Below, piece after piece: positions 10,701 to 19,600 of a stretch of DNA of 64,000 bases. Position 1 is the first letter of the stretch. The number at the start of each line of letters is the position of its first letter. Both the position numbers and the translations under genes were made by a program. This DNA comes from an uncultured Acidimicrobiales bacterium (GTDB taxonomy: Bacteria > Actinomycetota > Acidimicrobiia > Acidimicrobiales > UBA10347), in assembly GCA_963925805.1 (NCBI GenBank), contig CAWUSE010000023.1:65098-129097 (forward strand), given 5' to 3'. The notes beneath the pieces were generated by a model. That model made no database searches and was not told where the DNA came from. It saw only the letters and a list, made by a program, of their open reading frames with translations.

Positions 10701-10937
10701 GAGAAGATGCCCGTAATGCGGCAAACCATTGGCAAACGGGGGTCCGTCGTAGAACACGAACTCGCGGTCGGCTGGGCGCTGTTCGACCGAGGCGACAAAG
10801 GCGCCTTCATCCTGCCACTGCTGCAAAATTCGCAGCTCGAGCGCAGGAAGGTCTAGCTTGGGGTTAACGGGGGGATACGGAAGCTGGTCGCTCACGAGCG
10901 AGAGGCTACCCGCACATGCGGACCATCGGATCAGCAT
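7773..10937 (-). CDS. ileS: Isoleucine--tRNA ligase (long, actinobacterial/eukaryote-like type)
   Basis: HYGH-type motif PHYGHLL, KMSKS-type KLSKKL, and a 1054-aa class I synthetase architecture. The start may be the downstream GTG (VSDQLPY...). Confidence 0.95.
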   Translation of the reverse strand: MLIRWSACAGSLSLVSDQLPYPPVNPKLDLPALELRILQQWQDEGAFVASVEQRPADREFVFYDGPPFANGLPHYGHLLTGYVKDVVPRYQAMKGNRVERRFGWDCHGLPAEMGAEQELDVSGRSAITEYGIDKFNEYCRSSVLRYTSEWERYVTRQARWVDFENDYKTMDLSYMESVIWAFKQLWDKGLIYRANRVMPYSWGAETPLSNFEIRLDDATRPRQDPALTIAFTLDDGTQLLAWTTTPWTLPSNLALAVGPAISYTQVRAEGQSADWILGTDALDRYSRELGEYTIIREMTGSDLVGRTYKPILPYFADHPDSFRVLSAAFVETGDGTGVVHMAPGFGEDDQTVSEANGITMVVPVDDEGKFTSEVADWAGTNVFEANPLIIEHLKQAGVVVRHETYDHNYPHCWRTDTPIIYRALPSWYVEVTAFRDRMVELNQEINWVPNNVRDGRFGKWLEGARDWSISRNRFWGSPIPVWQSDDPAYPRTDVYGSLDEIEADFGVRPTDLHRPYIDELTRPNPDDPTGKSTMRRVPEVFDCWFESGSMPYAQVHYPFENKEWFENHFPADFIVEYINQTRGWFYTLHVLSTALFDRPAFLNGIGHGVLLAENGDKLSKKLQNYPDPEEMYNSVGADALRWYLMASPVLRGGDLRISEREIRDVTRLIINPVWNAYSFFTLYANADDLTAEFDVSSSDLVDRYILAKTRELVESVTVAMDAYDLPGATATAQSFTDALNNWYIRRSRSRFWAPTSEADPADKQAVYNTLYTVLVTLSRTLAPLLPMVADEIHRGLTGGDNVHLADWPQADVLPSDPDLVAAMDGVREVCSAALNLREDQSIGVRIPLAELTIAGNATSSLVDFADLIRDEINVKKVTFSGDLDAFASRVLKPNGKLLGPRLGSGMQEVLAAARAGQWSPNNDGTVDVGGHTLADGEFEIALEPATDGAVGGLSSGDAVVVLDTVLTPALVNEGHARQLSRWIQDARRATSLDVTDRISLTIDTDADVRGWLEPHTENLAAQVLATEFAFGQVGSTEFTYELDGHSITFKIQKS

Positions 10938-10983
10938 TTCTTGTGGCTATACTCCGCCCGCCCAGGAACAGCGGAGGGTAGCG

Positions 10984-11523
10984 ATGGCAATTAAGAAAAA
11001 GTCGGCAAAAAAAGTAGTGGCCAAGAAGGCCACTACCAAGCAGGTCGACGCGAAGAAAGCCTCGGCGAAGAAAGCCTCTCCCGCGAAAAAAGCAGCAGCA
11101 AAGAAGGCCCCCGTGAAAAAGGCTGCCGATAAGGCGTCTAAGCCAGCAAACCCGTTCGGTCAGAAATTTATCGACGCACAGGAAAAGCGATTGCTCGAAG
11201 AAAGAGCGCGCTACACCAAGTCACGCGACACTTGGCAGGCCGAGGCAGACAGTCTGCTGGTCGACCGTGAACCGGGCGATGTTCAGTTCGATGAAGAATC
11301 AGGCGACGGCGACACCTTGCAGGTTGAGCGAGAGCGAGACCTCGCTCTCAGCAGCTACGCACAGACAGCCGTCGAGGAAATCAACGACGCCTTAGGTCGG
11401 CTCAAGGCCGGCGTCTACGGCATGTGTGTCACTTCTGGAAAACCCATCCCTAAAGAACGCCTCGAAGCAATCCCATGGGCTGCCGAACGTGTCGAATACA
11501 AAGTTGCTGGATTCCGACGCTGA
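10984..11523 (+). CDS. DksA/TraR-family protein with a Lys/Ala-rich N-terminal tail and a Cys-depleted finger
   Basis: ATG 10984 is preceded by GGAGGG. The N-terminus is [43 protein letters not shown]. The C-terminus ([30 protein letters not shown]) matches the TraR/DksA finger layout, but only 1 of 4 Cys is kept. The upstream 42 codons of the listed ORF overlap the ileS start and are not credited. Confidence 0.7.
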   Translation: MAIKKKSAKKVVAKKATTKQVDAKKASAKKASPAKKAAAKKAPVKKAADKASKPANPFGQKFIDAQEKRLLEERARYTKSRDTWQAEADSLLVDREPGDVQFDEESGDGDTLQVERERDLALSSYAQTAVEEINDALGRLKAGVYGMCVTSGKPIPKERLEAIPWAAERVEYKVAGFRR

Positions 11524-11566
11524 CCACTCTGTCGGCACCACGGTAGCTACGGCCCCTCGGGGCTCT

Positions 11567-12013
11567 ATGCAGCTAGTCGCGGGTGTCGGTTTAGCGGTCA
11601 TTGTCCTCGATCAAATCACCAAGATCTGGGCCGCTTCAGCACTTGTCGATCAAAACATCGACCTGTTCTGGACGGCTCGACTCAATTTGACGCGCAATTT
11701 CGGCTCTGCCTTCGGGCTTGGTGCGGGGCTCGGACGCTGGTTGGGTGTGCTGATCTTGTTCGTGATTGCTGGTCTGCTGTGCTATGCCCGCACGATTTCT
11801 GATCGGCGCATGCTCGTTCTGTTCGGTTCGATCGCTGGTGGTGCTATCGGGAACCTCATCGATCGTATTTTTCGAGCTGATGAAGGGTTCATGACTGGTG
11901 GCGTGATCGACTTCATCGATTTTCAGTGGTGGCCAATTTTTAACGTGGCCGATATTGCGGTGGTTTGTGGCGCTATGGGCCTTATGCGGCTCAGTTTCAG
12001 TGAGACTGCATGA
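11567..12013 (+). CDS. lspA: Lipoprotein signal peptidase II
   Basis: Motifs [22 protein letters not shown] and DFIDF...WPIFNVADI. The start is set at ATG 11567, because the listed ORF extends upstream into the dksA-like gene. Confidence 0.88.
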   Translation: MQLVAGVGLAVIVLDQITKIWAASALVDQNIDLFWTARLNLTRNFGSAFGLGAGLGRWLGVLILFVIAGLLCYARTISDRRMLVLFGSIAGGAIGNLIDRIFRADEGFMTGGVIDFIDFQWWPIFNVADIAVVCGAMGLMRLSFSETA

Positions 12014-12924
12014 TCGACGAAATTATTCCAGACGCACTCGAGGGCGAGCGTCTCGACCGAGTTGTTGCCATGCTCGATGGCTGCTCTCGGTCTGTGGCAG
12101 CGACCATGATTGCCAACGGTGACGTTGCGGTCGACGGAACTGCAGTAACCCAACGATCTATACGAGTCAGCGTCGGCCAACGAGTCGCGTTCGTTGCCAC
12201 AGAGAAGCAGGTCATCACGCTCGATGCCGATGCAGGTGTTGAGTTTGACGTCGTCCACGCAGATGACGACGTCATTGTCGTCAACAAACCGGCAGGTCTC
12301 ATTGTTCACCCTGGCGCTGGTCGTCCGGACAAGACGCTGGTGAACGGGTTGTTGGCTAGGTTCCCGGAGATCGAGGGGGTTGGCCAAGAAGGCCGACCCG
12401 GCATCGTGCATCGCCTCGATGGCGAAACCAGTGGACTGCTGGTCGTCGCCCGCACCGCTCAGGCCTACGACGTGCTGACGGTGGCGATGGCTCGTCACGA
12501 TGTTGTGCGGGTTTACGCGGCAGCAGTGAATGGGATTGTTTCGGACGATCGAGGTGTCATTGACGCGCCGATCGGCCGCTCGACGCAACGCAGGACGCGT
12601 ATGGCGGTGCTGGCCGACGGACGAGCGGCGCGCACCCATTACCAGGTGCGAGCCCGCGACTACGACGAACCGGCGGCAAGCTATCTGCGCTGCCAGCTCG
12701 AAACAGGCCGGACCCACCAGATCCGAGTGCATCTGTCTGCCATTGGGCACTCGGTGCTTGGCGATCCGACCTATGGCGACAGGACGAGTAGGGACGAGTT
12801 CAGCCGGGTGGCTCTACATGCCGAACATCTGGGTTTTGAGCATCCGATTTCAGGGCACGAGCTCTCGTTCGATGCTGCGCTGCCAGCCGACCTGCAGGCC
12901 TTGATCGACGAACGGTTCAGCTAG
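12010..12924 (+). CDS. rluD: RluA/RluD-family 23S rRNA pseudouridine synthase
   Basis: S4-like N-terminus (ERLDRVVA), catalytic [14 protein letters not shown], and the HQIRVHL motif. It overlaps the lspA stop by 4 nt. Confidence 0.88.
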   Translation: MIDEIIPDALEGERLDRVVAMLDGCSRSVAATMIANGDVAVDGTAVTQRSIRVSVGQRVAFVATEKQVITLDADAGVEFDVVHADDDVIVVNKPAGLIVHPGAGRPDKTLVNGLLARFPEIEGVGQEGRPGIVHRLDGETSGLLVVARTAQAYDVLTVAMARHDVVRVYAAAVNGIVSDDRGVIDAPIGRSTQRRTRMAVLADGRAARTHYQVRARDYDEPAASYLRCQLETGRTHQIRVHLSAIGHSVLGDPTYGDRTSRDEFSRVALHAEHLGFEHPISGHELSFDAALPADLQALIDERFS

Positions 12925-13390
12925 CCGAATCATTTGTGGGAGGCCAACTTCGGTCGCCGCTGGCCATCTCGGCGACATTCGCGAGTGTGAATGAGTCGAG
13001 GAGCTCTCGCATCTGTTCGCCCACGTGGCCCCAGACAGCTAACAAGACGCAACGCCCTTCGTGATCGCAGGCGCCATCGGTGTGCGGCTCACGAAAGTCG
13101 CCAGCGCTGATTGGGCCATCAACTGCGCTTACAACGTCGCTTAGACGAATCTCGTGTGGCTCACGGCTCAACATATAGCCACCGCCAACGCCGCGCTTAG
13201 AGCGCACGATGCCAGCACCCTTGAGTGCCAACAAGATCTGCTCGAGGTAGGGCTGGGGAAGCGCAGTCCGTTCTGCGATGTCTCGGACCGAGATCGGCTT
13301 TGAACGATCGTCGCGGATCGCCATGGATAGAAGCGCTCGGCAGGCGTAATCGCCGCGGGTTGACACTCGCACACCGTCATCGTAGGCCAC
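12917..13390 (-). CDS. Rrf2-family transcriptional regulator
   Basis: VSTRGDYACRALLSMA...ISVRDIAERTALPQPYLEQILLALKGAGIVRSKRGVGGGYMLSR is the typical Rrf2 winged-helix region. The start may be GTG 13372. Confidence 0.85.
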   Translation of the reverse strand: MAYDDGVRVSTRGDYACRALLSMAIRDDRSKPISVRDIAERTALPQPYLEQILLALKGAGIVRSKRGVGGGYMLSREPHEIRLSDVVSAVDGPISAGDFREPHTDGACDHEGRCVLLAVWGHVGEQMRELLDSFTLANVAEMASGDRSWPPTNDSAS

Positions 13391-13400
13391 ACTGTCAAGG

Positions 13401-14525
13401 ATGGACCCGGCGCCGATGAAACCAGTTGAACTTGCTGCCGGTCAGATGGCCGTGCCTGACTATCAGGGGGCGTGCGTTTCCAACATTGTTCCGGCGCTAC
13501 TTGAGCACCGCATGTTAGGCGAAGGTTGGATTCCTGAGCGGGTTCTCGATGCGCACCAAGTCGTGGTTGTTGTGATCGATGGTTTGGGCTGGAATCAGCT
13601 TGTTGCCCGCCAGCATTTGGCACCGGTTCTTGCCTCTAGTGAGGGGCAACCAATCACAACGGTCGCTCCGACAACGACCGCTGCTGCCTTGACCTCGATT
13701 ACCACTGGCGCTCCGCCAGGAGACCACGGCCTGGTTGGCTACCGCATTCGAACCGGAGGCGAAACGCTGAATGTGTTGAGGTGGGTCACCGAGAATGGCG
13801 ACGCCCGAGAGCGTGTCATTCCAGCAGAACTCCAGGTGCTTCCGCCCTTTGGTGCACGCAATCCGATCGTGATCACTAAAAGTGAGTTCGCCCGATCAGG
13901 CTTCACGGCGGCGCATTTGTCCGGTGGGCAGTTCCGCGGTTACAGCACGATGTCGACGTTTGTGCACGAGATTGAAATGGCGATAAAGGACGGCGAACGC
14001 TTCGTCTATGCCTATTACGACGGTCTCGATCGGGTAGGGCACGAGCGGGGTCATGGCGCTGCGTTCGATGCCGAGTACGCGTTCGTTGATCGTTTGATTG
14101 GTGATATCCGAGATCGGCTCGACCCTGCGGTTGCTGTGGTCGTGACCGCCGACCATGGCCAAGTGCATACTGGTGACAACGTCGTGCCGATCGCCGCCGC
14201 TGTGATGCGACACACCCGGGCGATCTCGGGTGAGGCTCGATTTGTTTGGTTGCACTCAAATCCAGGCGCTGAGGCATTGTTGCTCGAGGCCGCTCGTGCT
14301 GCCCATGGTCACGATGCCTGGGTGTTGTCTGTGGAACAGGTCATCGGCCAGCGTCTCTTAGGTGGTCGGGTAAGCCCGGATGCTCGAGGCCGCCTTGGTG
14401 AGGTAGCCCTGATTGCTAAGTCGACGGTGGCCTTGGTCGACCCCGCTGCACCAGAGTCGACGCTGATTGGCCGCCATGGGTCGCTCACTGCCGACGAGTT
14501 GTACGTCCCGCTGCTCTGCCCTTAG
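13401..14525 (+). CDS. Alkaline-phosphatase-superfamily protein (nucleotide pyrophosphatase/phosphodiesterase type)
   Basis: VVVVIDGLGWNQL, the TTAAALTSITTG nucleophile region, DGLDRVGHERG, and VVVTADHGQ. The start may be ATG 13416 or 13446. Confidence 0.7.
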   Translation: MDPAPMKPVELAAGQMAVPDYQGACVSNIVPALLEHRMLGEGWIPERVLDAHQVVVVVIDGLGWNQLVARQHLAPVLASSEGQPITTVAPTTTAAALTSITTGAPPGDHGLVGYRIRTGGETLNVLRWVTENGDARERVIPAELQVLPPFGARNPIVITKSEFARSGFTAAHLSGGQFRGYSTMSTFVHEIEMAIKDGERFVYAYYDGLDRVGHERGHGAAFDAEYAFVDRLIGDIRDRLDPAVAVVVTADHGQVHTGDNVVPIAAAVMRHTRAISGEARFVWLHSNPGAEALLLEAARAAHGHDAWVLSVEQVIGQRLLGGRVSPDARGRLGEVALIAKSTVALVDPAAPESTLIGRHGSLTADELYVPLLCP

Positions 14526-14566
14526 CGGTCTGGCTTGCTAGATGCACGACTATCCTGGAAGGCAGC

Positions 14567-15082
14567 ATGAGTGACACAAGCGATGAAATAGCTAACGAGC
14601 CATTGGTTGAACAAGCCGAACTGGTTGAACAAGGTGGCGCTGACGAACCTGTAACCAGCGTGGGCGAGCAGATCGAACAGCCAGCAAAGGTCATGCGGGT
14701 GGGCGCAATGATGCGTCAGCTGCTTGAACAAGTGCGCCAGATCGAGCTCGACCAACCGAGCCGCGAACGATTGCGCGACATTTACGAGCAGTCGATCACC
14801 GAACTCAGTAGCGCATTGTCACCTGAGTTGCACGATGAACTCTTGCGCCTCAGTGGGCCATTCAGCGATGTCGGTACGCCCAGCGAAGCCGAGCTGGCTG
14901 TGGCTAAGGCCCAGCTAGTCGGGTGGCTGGAAGGGTTGGTTCAAGGCATCCAGGCAACGCTGTTTGCTCAACAGGTGGCAGCCCAACAACAGCTTGCCTC
15001 TATCCGTGGTGGCCTCCCGGCTGGGGCTCCGCCTCAACAGTCAGAACAGTCGTCGCCAGAACTCCCAGGCCAATACCTGTAA
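14567..15082 (+). CDS. bpa: Bacterial proteasome activator Bpa/PafE
   Basis: EQPAKVMRVGAMMRQLLEQVR, AQLVGWLEGLVQGIQATLFAQQ, and the terminal GQYL* (cca ggc caa tac ctg taa at 15065-15082) match the Bpa family as I remember the M. tuberculosis protein. Confidence 0.88.
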   Translation: MSDTSDEIANEPLVEQAELVEQGGADEPVTSVGEQIEQPAKVMRVGAMMRQLLEQVRQIELDQPSRERLRDIYEQSITELSSALSPELHDELLRLSGPFSDVGTPSEAELAVAKAQLVGWLEGLVQGIQATLFAQQVAAQQQLASIRGGLPAGAPPQQSEQSSPELPGQYL

Positions 15083-15470
15083 CCGGGAAGCGAGCCGGTG
15101 ATAGGGCGGGGCACAAGCGCGGTGATTTCCAGAACTGGTGTCGTTTCAGCAATGATTTGACACAGAGGACCACTTCCACCAAGTGAGTGTGTTCACCGTT
15201 TTGCTGGTCCTATGACATGAATATGGACGTGTGCCCCCGCCATCGTGATCAATGCAATGCCAGGGCTGAGGAGTCCTCGGCGATGATTCGATGGTCAGGT
15301 ACATCGAATTCGGCGGCTGAACTATTGCTGCCAGCCAGTGGCTAGAGACACGACCGAGGTATACGTCTCAAGCGGTGGCGGGTTGCCAGTTAGCTTGCAA
15401 GCATCGCGTCACACGCTGCCCATTGCTGGCGGAACCGAGCCACGAGCGCTGCGAACCACGCGTCGTTGGC

Positions 15471-15502
15471 AGCGCTCCGACGGGAGCGCTACAACGATTT
15501 TT
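15471..15502 (+). terminator. Terminator-like hairpin inside the bpa-dnaE gap
   Basis: AGCGCTCC (15471-78), loop GACG, GGAGCGCT (15483-90), then ACAACGATTTTT. The stem is a perfect 8 bp, and the T-run is offset by 6 nt. It lies about 105 nt downstream of the minus-strand collagen-like gene and about 390 nt downstream of bpa. Confidence 0.35.
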
Positions 15503-15596
15503 GCATCGCCGAGTCGGTTCGGTGGCCGACGTGTTGGAGAAAATCCGTGTCGGTATCTGAAACAGGTGGATAGCGAAACTTTTGTGTTCTCTGTTT

Positions 15597-16291
15597 TTAG
15601 TATGTCTGTCAGGTTGCTGCGACTCCGCCTTGACCACAGGAAATCTGAACGCTCACAGCACCAGTGCCGCCATCCATATGGACGCCGGTCGCCAAAGACC
15701 ACACCACGTCAATACGGTGAACGAAAACGTCGACGCTGTTACTTCCGGTGTTAAAGGAATTAGCCCCGATAGAACCAGAAATAGTGCTTCAGGTGCCGTC
15801 CGCTGCGCCAATAACAACGAACTCGCAAATCTGGTCGTCGCAGTACTGAATGATCTCGAGACCAACTACTGAATAGCCTTCCGTTGTGATGAGCTCGCCA
15901 ATAAATGTGTAGTCCATGCCGTTACCATCACCTGAAAATGAGCCATTGAGGGTGGCGCGTAATTCAGCGCACGCACAGGCACCGTTATTCATCGCTATGA
16001 ACCGGTCGGCACCACAGGTCAAATCGCTCAACGCCCCATCAGAACCAGCTGTTCCATCCACGCCAGCTGGTCATTTAGAGCCAATCACTCCTGTAGAGGC
16101 AGTTGGGCCTTGTTGACCTATAAACCCAACGCCTTCGGACCCAGCCGCTCCGTCCACGACAGCGGGTCCATCACGGCCATTGCATCCGTATGCACCTTTG
16201 GGCCTTGTGGCCCGGATGGCAAGTTGGCGATTTGTTGTTCTAATGCCGCGATTCGGGTTTCCAGTTCTGCAGCGTCTGGCTGCGCTGTCAA
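15597..16291 (-). pseudogene. Coiled-coil plus collagen-like (Gly-X-Y) plus Cys/Gly-rich C-terminal domain gene, interrupted by one -1 frame change and three in-frame TGA codons (pseudogene or recoded gene)
   Basis: TTG 16291 opens MTAQPDAAELETRIAALEQQIANLPSGPQGPK. The frame changes at CCCAAAG (16202-16196) to GAYGCNGRDGPA...GSK[TGA]PAGVDGTAGSDGALSDLTCGADRF...AADGT[TGA]STISGSIG...GGVAAT[TGA]QTY, ending at TAA 15599-15597. Only the middle part appears as a listed ORF (15789..16061). Confidence 0.6.
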
Positions 16292-16560
16292 CTCGACTCT
16301 GTCTTCTCGTTCCGCGTCAGGCAGAACATAACGATAACGATGTCGCGTTTCCCGCTAGCTTCACTTATGCGGCGGATGAATTCGTAACGGTCACGGTCCT
16401 TCACGGCCAGATTCTCGGAACCGACCGCATAGTTCATGATGTGAAGCCGGCCCTCGATCGGGTCTTGTCTCAGATTCCTTGTCATAGGCCGGACGTTAAA
16501 TTCGGGATACGACAAGGACCGCGCAGCTTGGGACGGGTGCGTCGTACATGTCTCAAGCAC
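16288..16560 (-). CDS. Hypothetical small protein (90 codons from GTG, 65 from the internal ATG). Its TGA overlaps the TTG of the collagen-like gene as TTGA.
   Basis: A listed ORF with no motif I recognise. The TTGA stop/start overlap at 16291-16288 suggests a two-gene unit. Composition is more AT-rich than the neighbours. Confidence 0.35.
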   Translation of the reverse strand: MLETCTTHPSQAARSLSYPEFNVRPMTRNLRQDPIEGRLHIMNYAVGSENLAVKDRDRYEFIRRISEASGKRDIVIVMFCLTRNEKTESS

Positions 16561-16653
16561 AGCGATGGCATCTAGAGCGCAACTGCGATAAGTTTATGGC
16601 TCCGGAATTACAGACGTGTAACTCTGGAGTTGACTAAGCGATGCAGAGGTCTC

Positions 16654-19600
16654 ATGGCTGGTTCATTCACACATCTTCATGTCCACACTGAGTTCTCGAT
16701 GCTCGATGGGGCATCGCGTGTCGGCGAGTTGGCAGCTGCAGCCGCAGCCGACGGTCAACCGGCTATGGCGATGACTGATCACGGCAATATGTACGGCGTG
16801 CTCGACTTCTATCAGGCATGTAAAGAGGTCGGGGTTAAGCCGATTATCGGCACTGAGGCCTATATGGCCCACGACCACCGAAGCGAACGACCTAAGCGCC
16901 GCGGTCGTCTCGACGACTCAGGTGGCGAGACTGACTCGGGCAAGTTGTATTACCACCTCTGCCTGTTGGCGGAGAACCAAAAAGGCTACAAGAATCTAAT
17001 TCAGCTATCGAGCCGGGCATACCTCGAGGGTTACTACTACAAACCCAGGATTGACTGGGAACTGCTCGACACCCACAGCGAAGGCGTAATCGCAACCACC
17101 GGCTGCCTGGGCGGACACGTTCTGCAAGAACTGCTCAATGGCAACGAAGATCAGGCCCGCAAAAAAGCCGGCAAGCTCCAAGATATTTTCGGTCGCGACA
17201 ACCTGTTCGTCGAACTCCAGGATCATGGCATCGCTGCGCAGCGCCAGACCAACCCGCAGCTCGTCGAGATCGCCAACTACTTGGGCGCGCCACTCCTAGC
17301 AACCAACGACACCCATTACACCCACAGCGAAGATCACCAGGCTCACGACGCTCTGCTATGTGTGCAGACCGCGTCGTTGATGAGCGACCCGGACCGATTC
17401 AGGTTCGAGGGCAACGACCACTACGTCAAGTCTTCGGCTGAGATGCGAGACCTGTTCCGCGAGGTTCCGAGCGCGTGCGACAACACATTGTGGATTGCTG
17501 AACGCTGCAATGTTGAGATCGAGTTGGGCGAACCGAAGCTCCCCAAATTTCCGCTACCGGAAGGCTTCGAGACCGACTATCAGTATCTCGAGCACCTGAC
17601 CTTTGAGGGCGCTCACAAACGTTGGGGAGAAGTCCTAAACGATGCGACCGTTGAGCGGCTGGCCTATGAGCTCAAAGTCATCAACGACATGGGTTTCTCG
17701 TCCTACTTCCTGATCACTGGCGACTTGATCAACCACGCACGCAAGCAGAACATCCGTGTGGGTCCAGGTCGTGGCTCTGCTGCCGGTTGTGCCGTGTCCT
17801 ATTGCCTGCGCATCACCGACCTAGACCCGATCAAGTACGACTTGTTGTTCGAGCGATTCTTGAACCCGGGACGCCGATCGATGCCCGATATCGATATGGA
17901 CTTCGACTCGCGATACCGCGACGAAATGATCCGCTATATGGCGGACCAGTACGGTCGAGAACACGTCGCCCAGATCGTGACCTTCTCAACCATCAAAGCG
18001 CGAGCTGCGGTGCGAGATGCTGCCCGTGTGCTCGGCCATCCGTACCTCGTTGGCGACCGCATCGCCAAGCTCATGCCGCCGCTGGTCATGGGGCGCGACA
18101 CACCGCTCTACGCTTGCCTCGAGAAGCATCCCAAGTACGAAGATGGCTACGGTATGGCCAAGGATCTGCGGGAACTTTACGCAGCGGACCCCGATGCCCG
18201 CGAGGTTGTCGACGTTGCACTCGGCCTCGAAGGTCTTCGTCGTGGTGACGGTATTCACGCGGCCGCTGTAGTAGTTACTGATGAACCGCTGACCGAATAC
18301 CTGCCGATTCAGCGCAAACCAGAGAGCGGCCAAGACCCGGCCGACGCGCCGGTGGTCACGCAGTACGAAATGGGCCCGGTAGAAGACCTCGGCCTGTTAA
18401 AGCTCGACTTCCTCGGCCTGCGGAACCTCGACGTCATCAGCGATGCGCTAGAAATCATCAAGCGGACCCAAGGCATCACCGTCGATATCGACAATGTCGA
18501 TCTGACAGATCAGCCGACCTATGAGCTGCTGCAGCGGGGCGACACGATTGGCGTGTTCCAGCTTGAGAGCTCACCAATGCGAGCCCTCATCCGTTCGCTC
18601 GCGCCGGATTGCTTCGACGACGTCGCTGCGCTGGTAGCGCTGTATCGCCCTGGCCCAATGGCCATGAATATGCACAACGATTACGCCGATCGCAAAAATG
18701 GGCGACAGGCGATCGAGTTGTTACATGACGATGCCGCCGAGATGTTGAGCGGCACGTACGGGCTCATGATCTACCAAGAGTCCATGATGCGTATCGCTCA
18801 GAAGTTTGCGGGTTACTCGCTTGAAGAAGCGGACAACTTGCGTAAGGCTTGCGGTAAGAAAATTCGCGAGGTCATGGCCAAAGAAAAAGTCGGCTTCATC
18901 GAAGGCTGCGTGAACACCGGTTACGGAGTCGAAGTCGGTGAGAAGTGGTGGGAGCAGATCGAGCCATTTGCCGACTATGCCTTTAACAAGAGCCATAGCT
19001 ACGGCTACGGCTACGTTGCATTTCAGATCGCCTATCTCAAGGCGAACTTCCCGGTCGAGTACATGGCTTCGTTGCTCACAAGTGTGAAGGGCAACCTAGA
19101 CAAGGCCGCTGGTTACTTGCACGAATGTCGCATCATGGGCGTTGATGTGCTTGTGCCCGATGTGAACCTGGCTCAAAGCGACTTCAGCGCAGCCGGGCGC
19201 GATGAGCATGGATTGCCGAATTCGATTGTCTTTGGCCTGTCGGCAGTCCGCAACGTTGGCGAGGGCCTAGTGTCGCTGCTCGTCGAAGAGCGTGACGCAA
19301 ACGGGCCATTCGACGACTTCACTGAATTTTGCGAACGAGTCGATCCGTCGGTACTCAACAAGCGCACTATCGAAGCGCTGATCAAGGCTGGTGGCTTTGA
19401 TGCGATGGAGTATGGCCGGAAAGGAATGCTGCAGGTCTTTGAGCAGATCATTGATCTCACGCTCAGCCGCCGTCGTGAACGTGACATGGGTATTCAAACG
19501 CTCTTTGGTGAACTTAGCGAGGAAGCGACCTTTGACGAGCGCCCAAAGATCCCTGAGATGGAGTTCGAAAAGACCGAGAAGCTGCGCTTCGAGAAGGAAA

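Noticed and set aside
10895-11100. A T-box riboswitch leader upstream of ileS, as known for ileS in Mycobacterium.
   Set aside because: Only about 50-90 nt separate ileS from the divergent dksA-like gene. I found no GGUGGNACCGCG-type T-box sequence on the minus strand, only a 6-bp hairpin (CTCCGC/GCGGAG).
15609-16073. Selenocysteine decoding of the three in-frame TGAs.
   Set aside because: I could not find a SECIS-like hairpin immediately 3' of any of the TGAs. The first TGA also sits at an obligatory Gly of a Gly-X-Y repeat, not at a redox Cys-like position.
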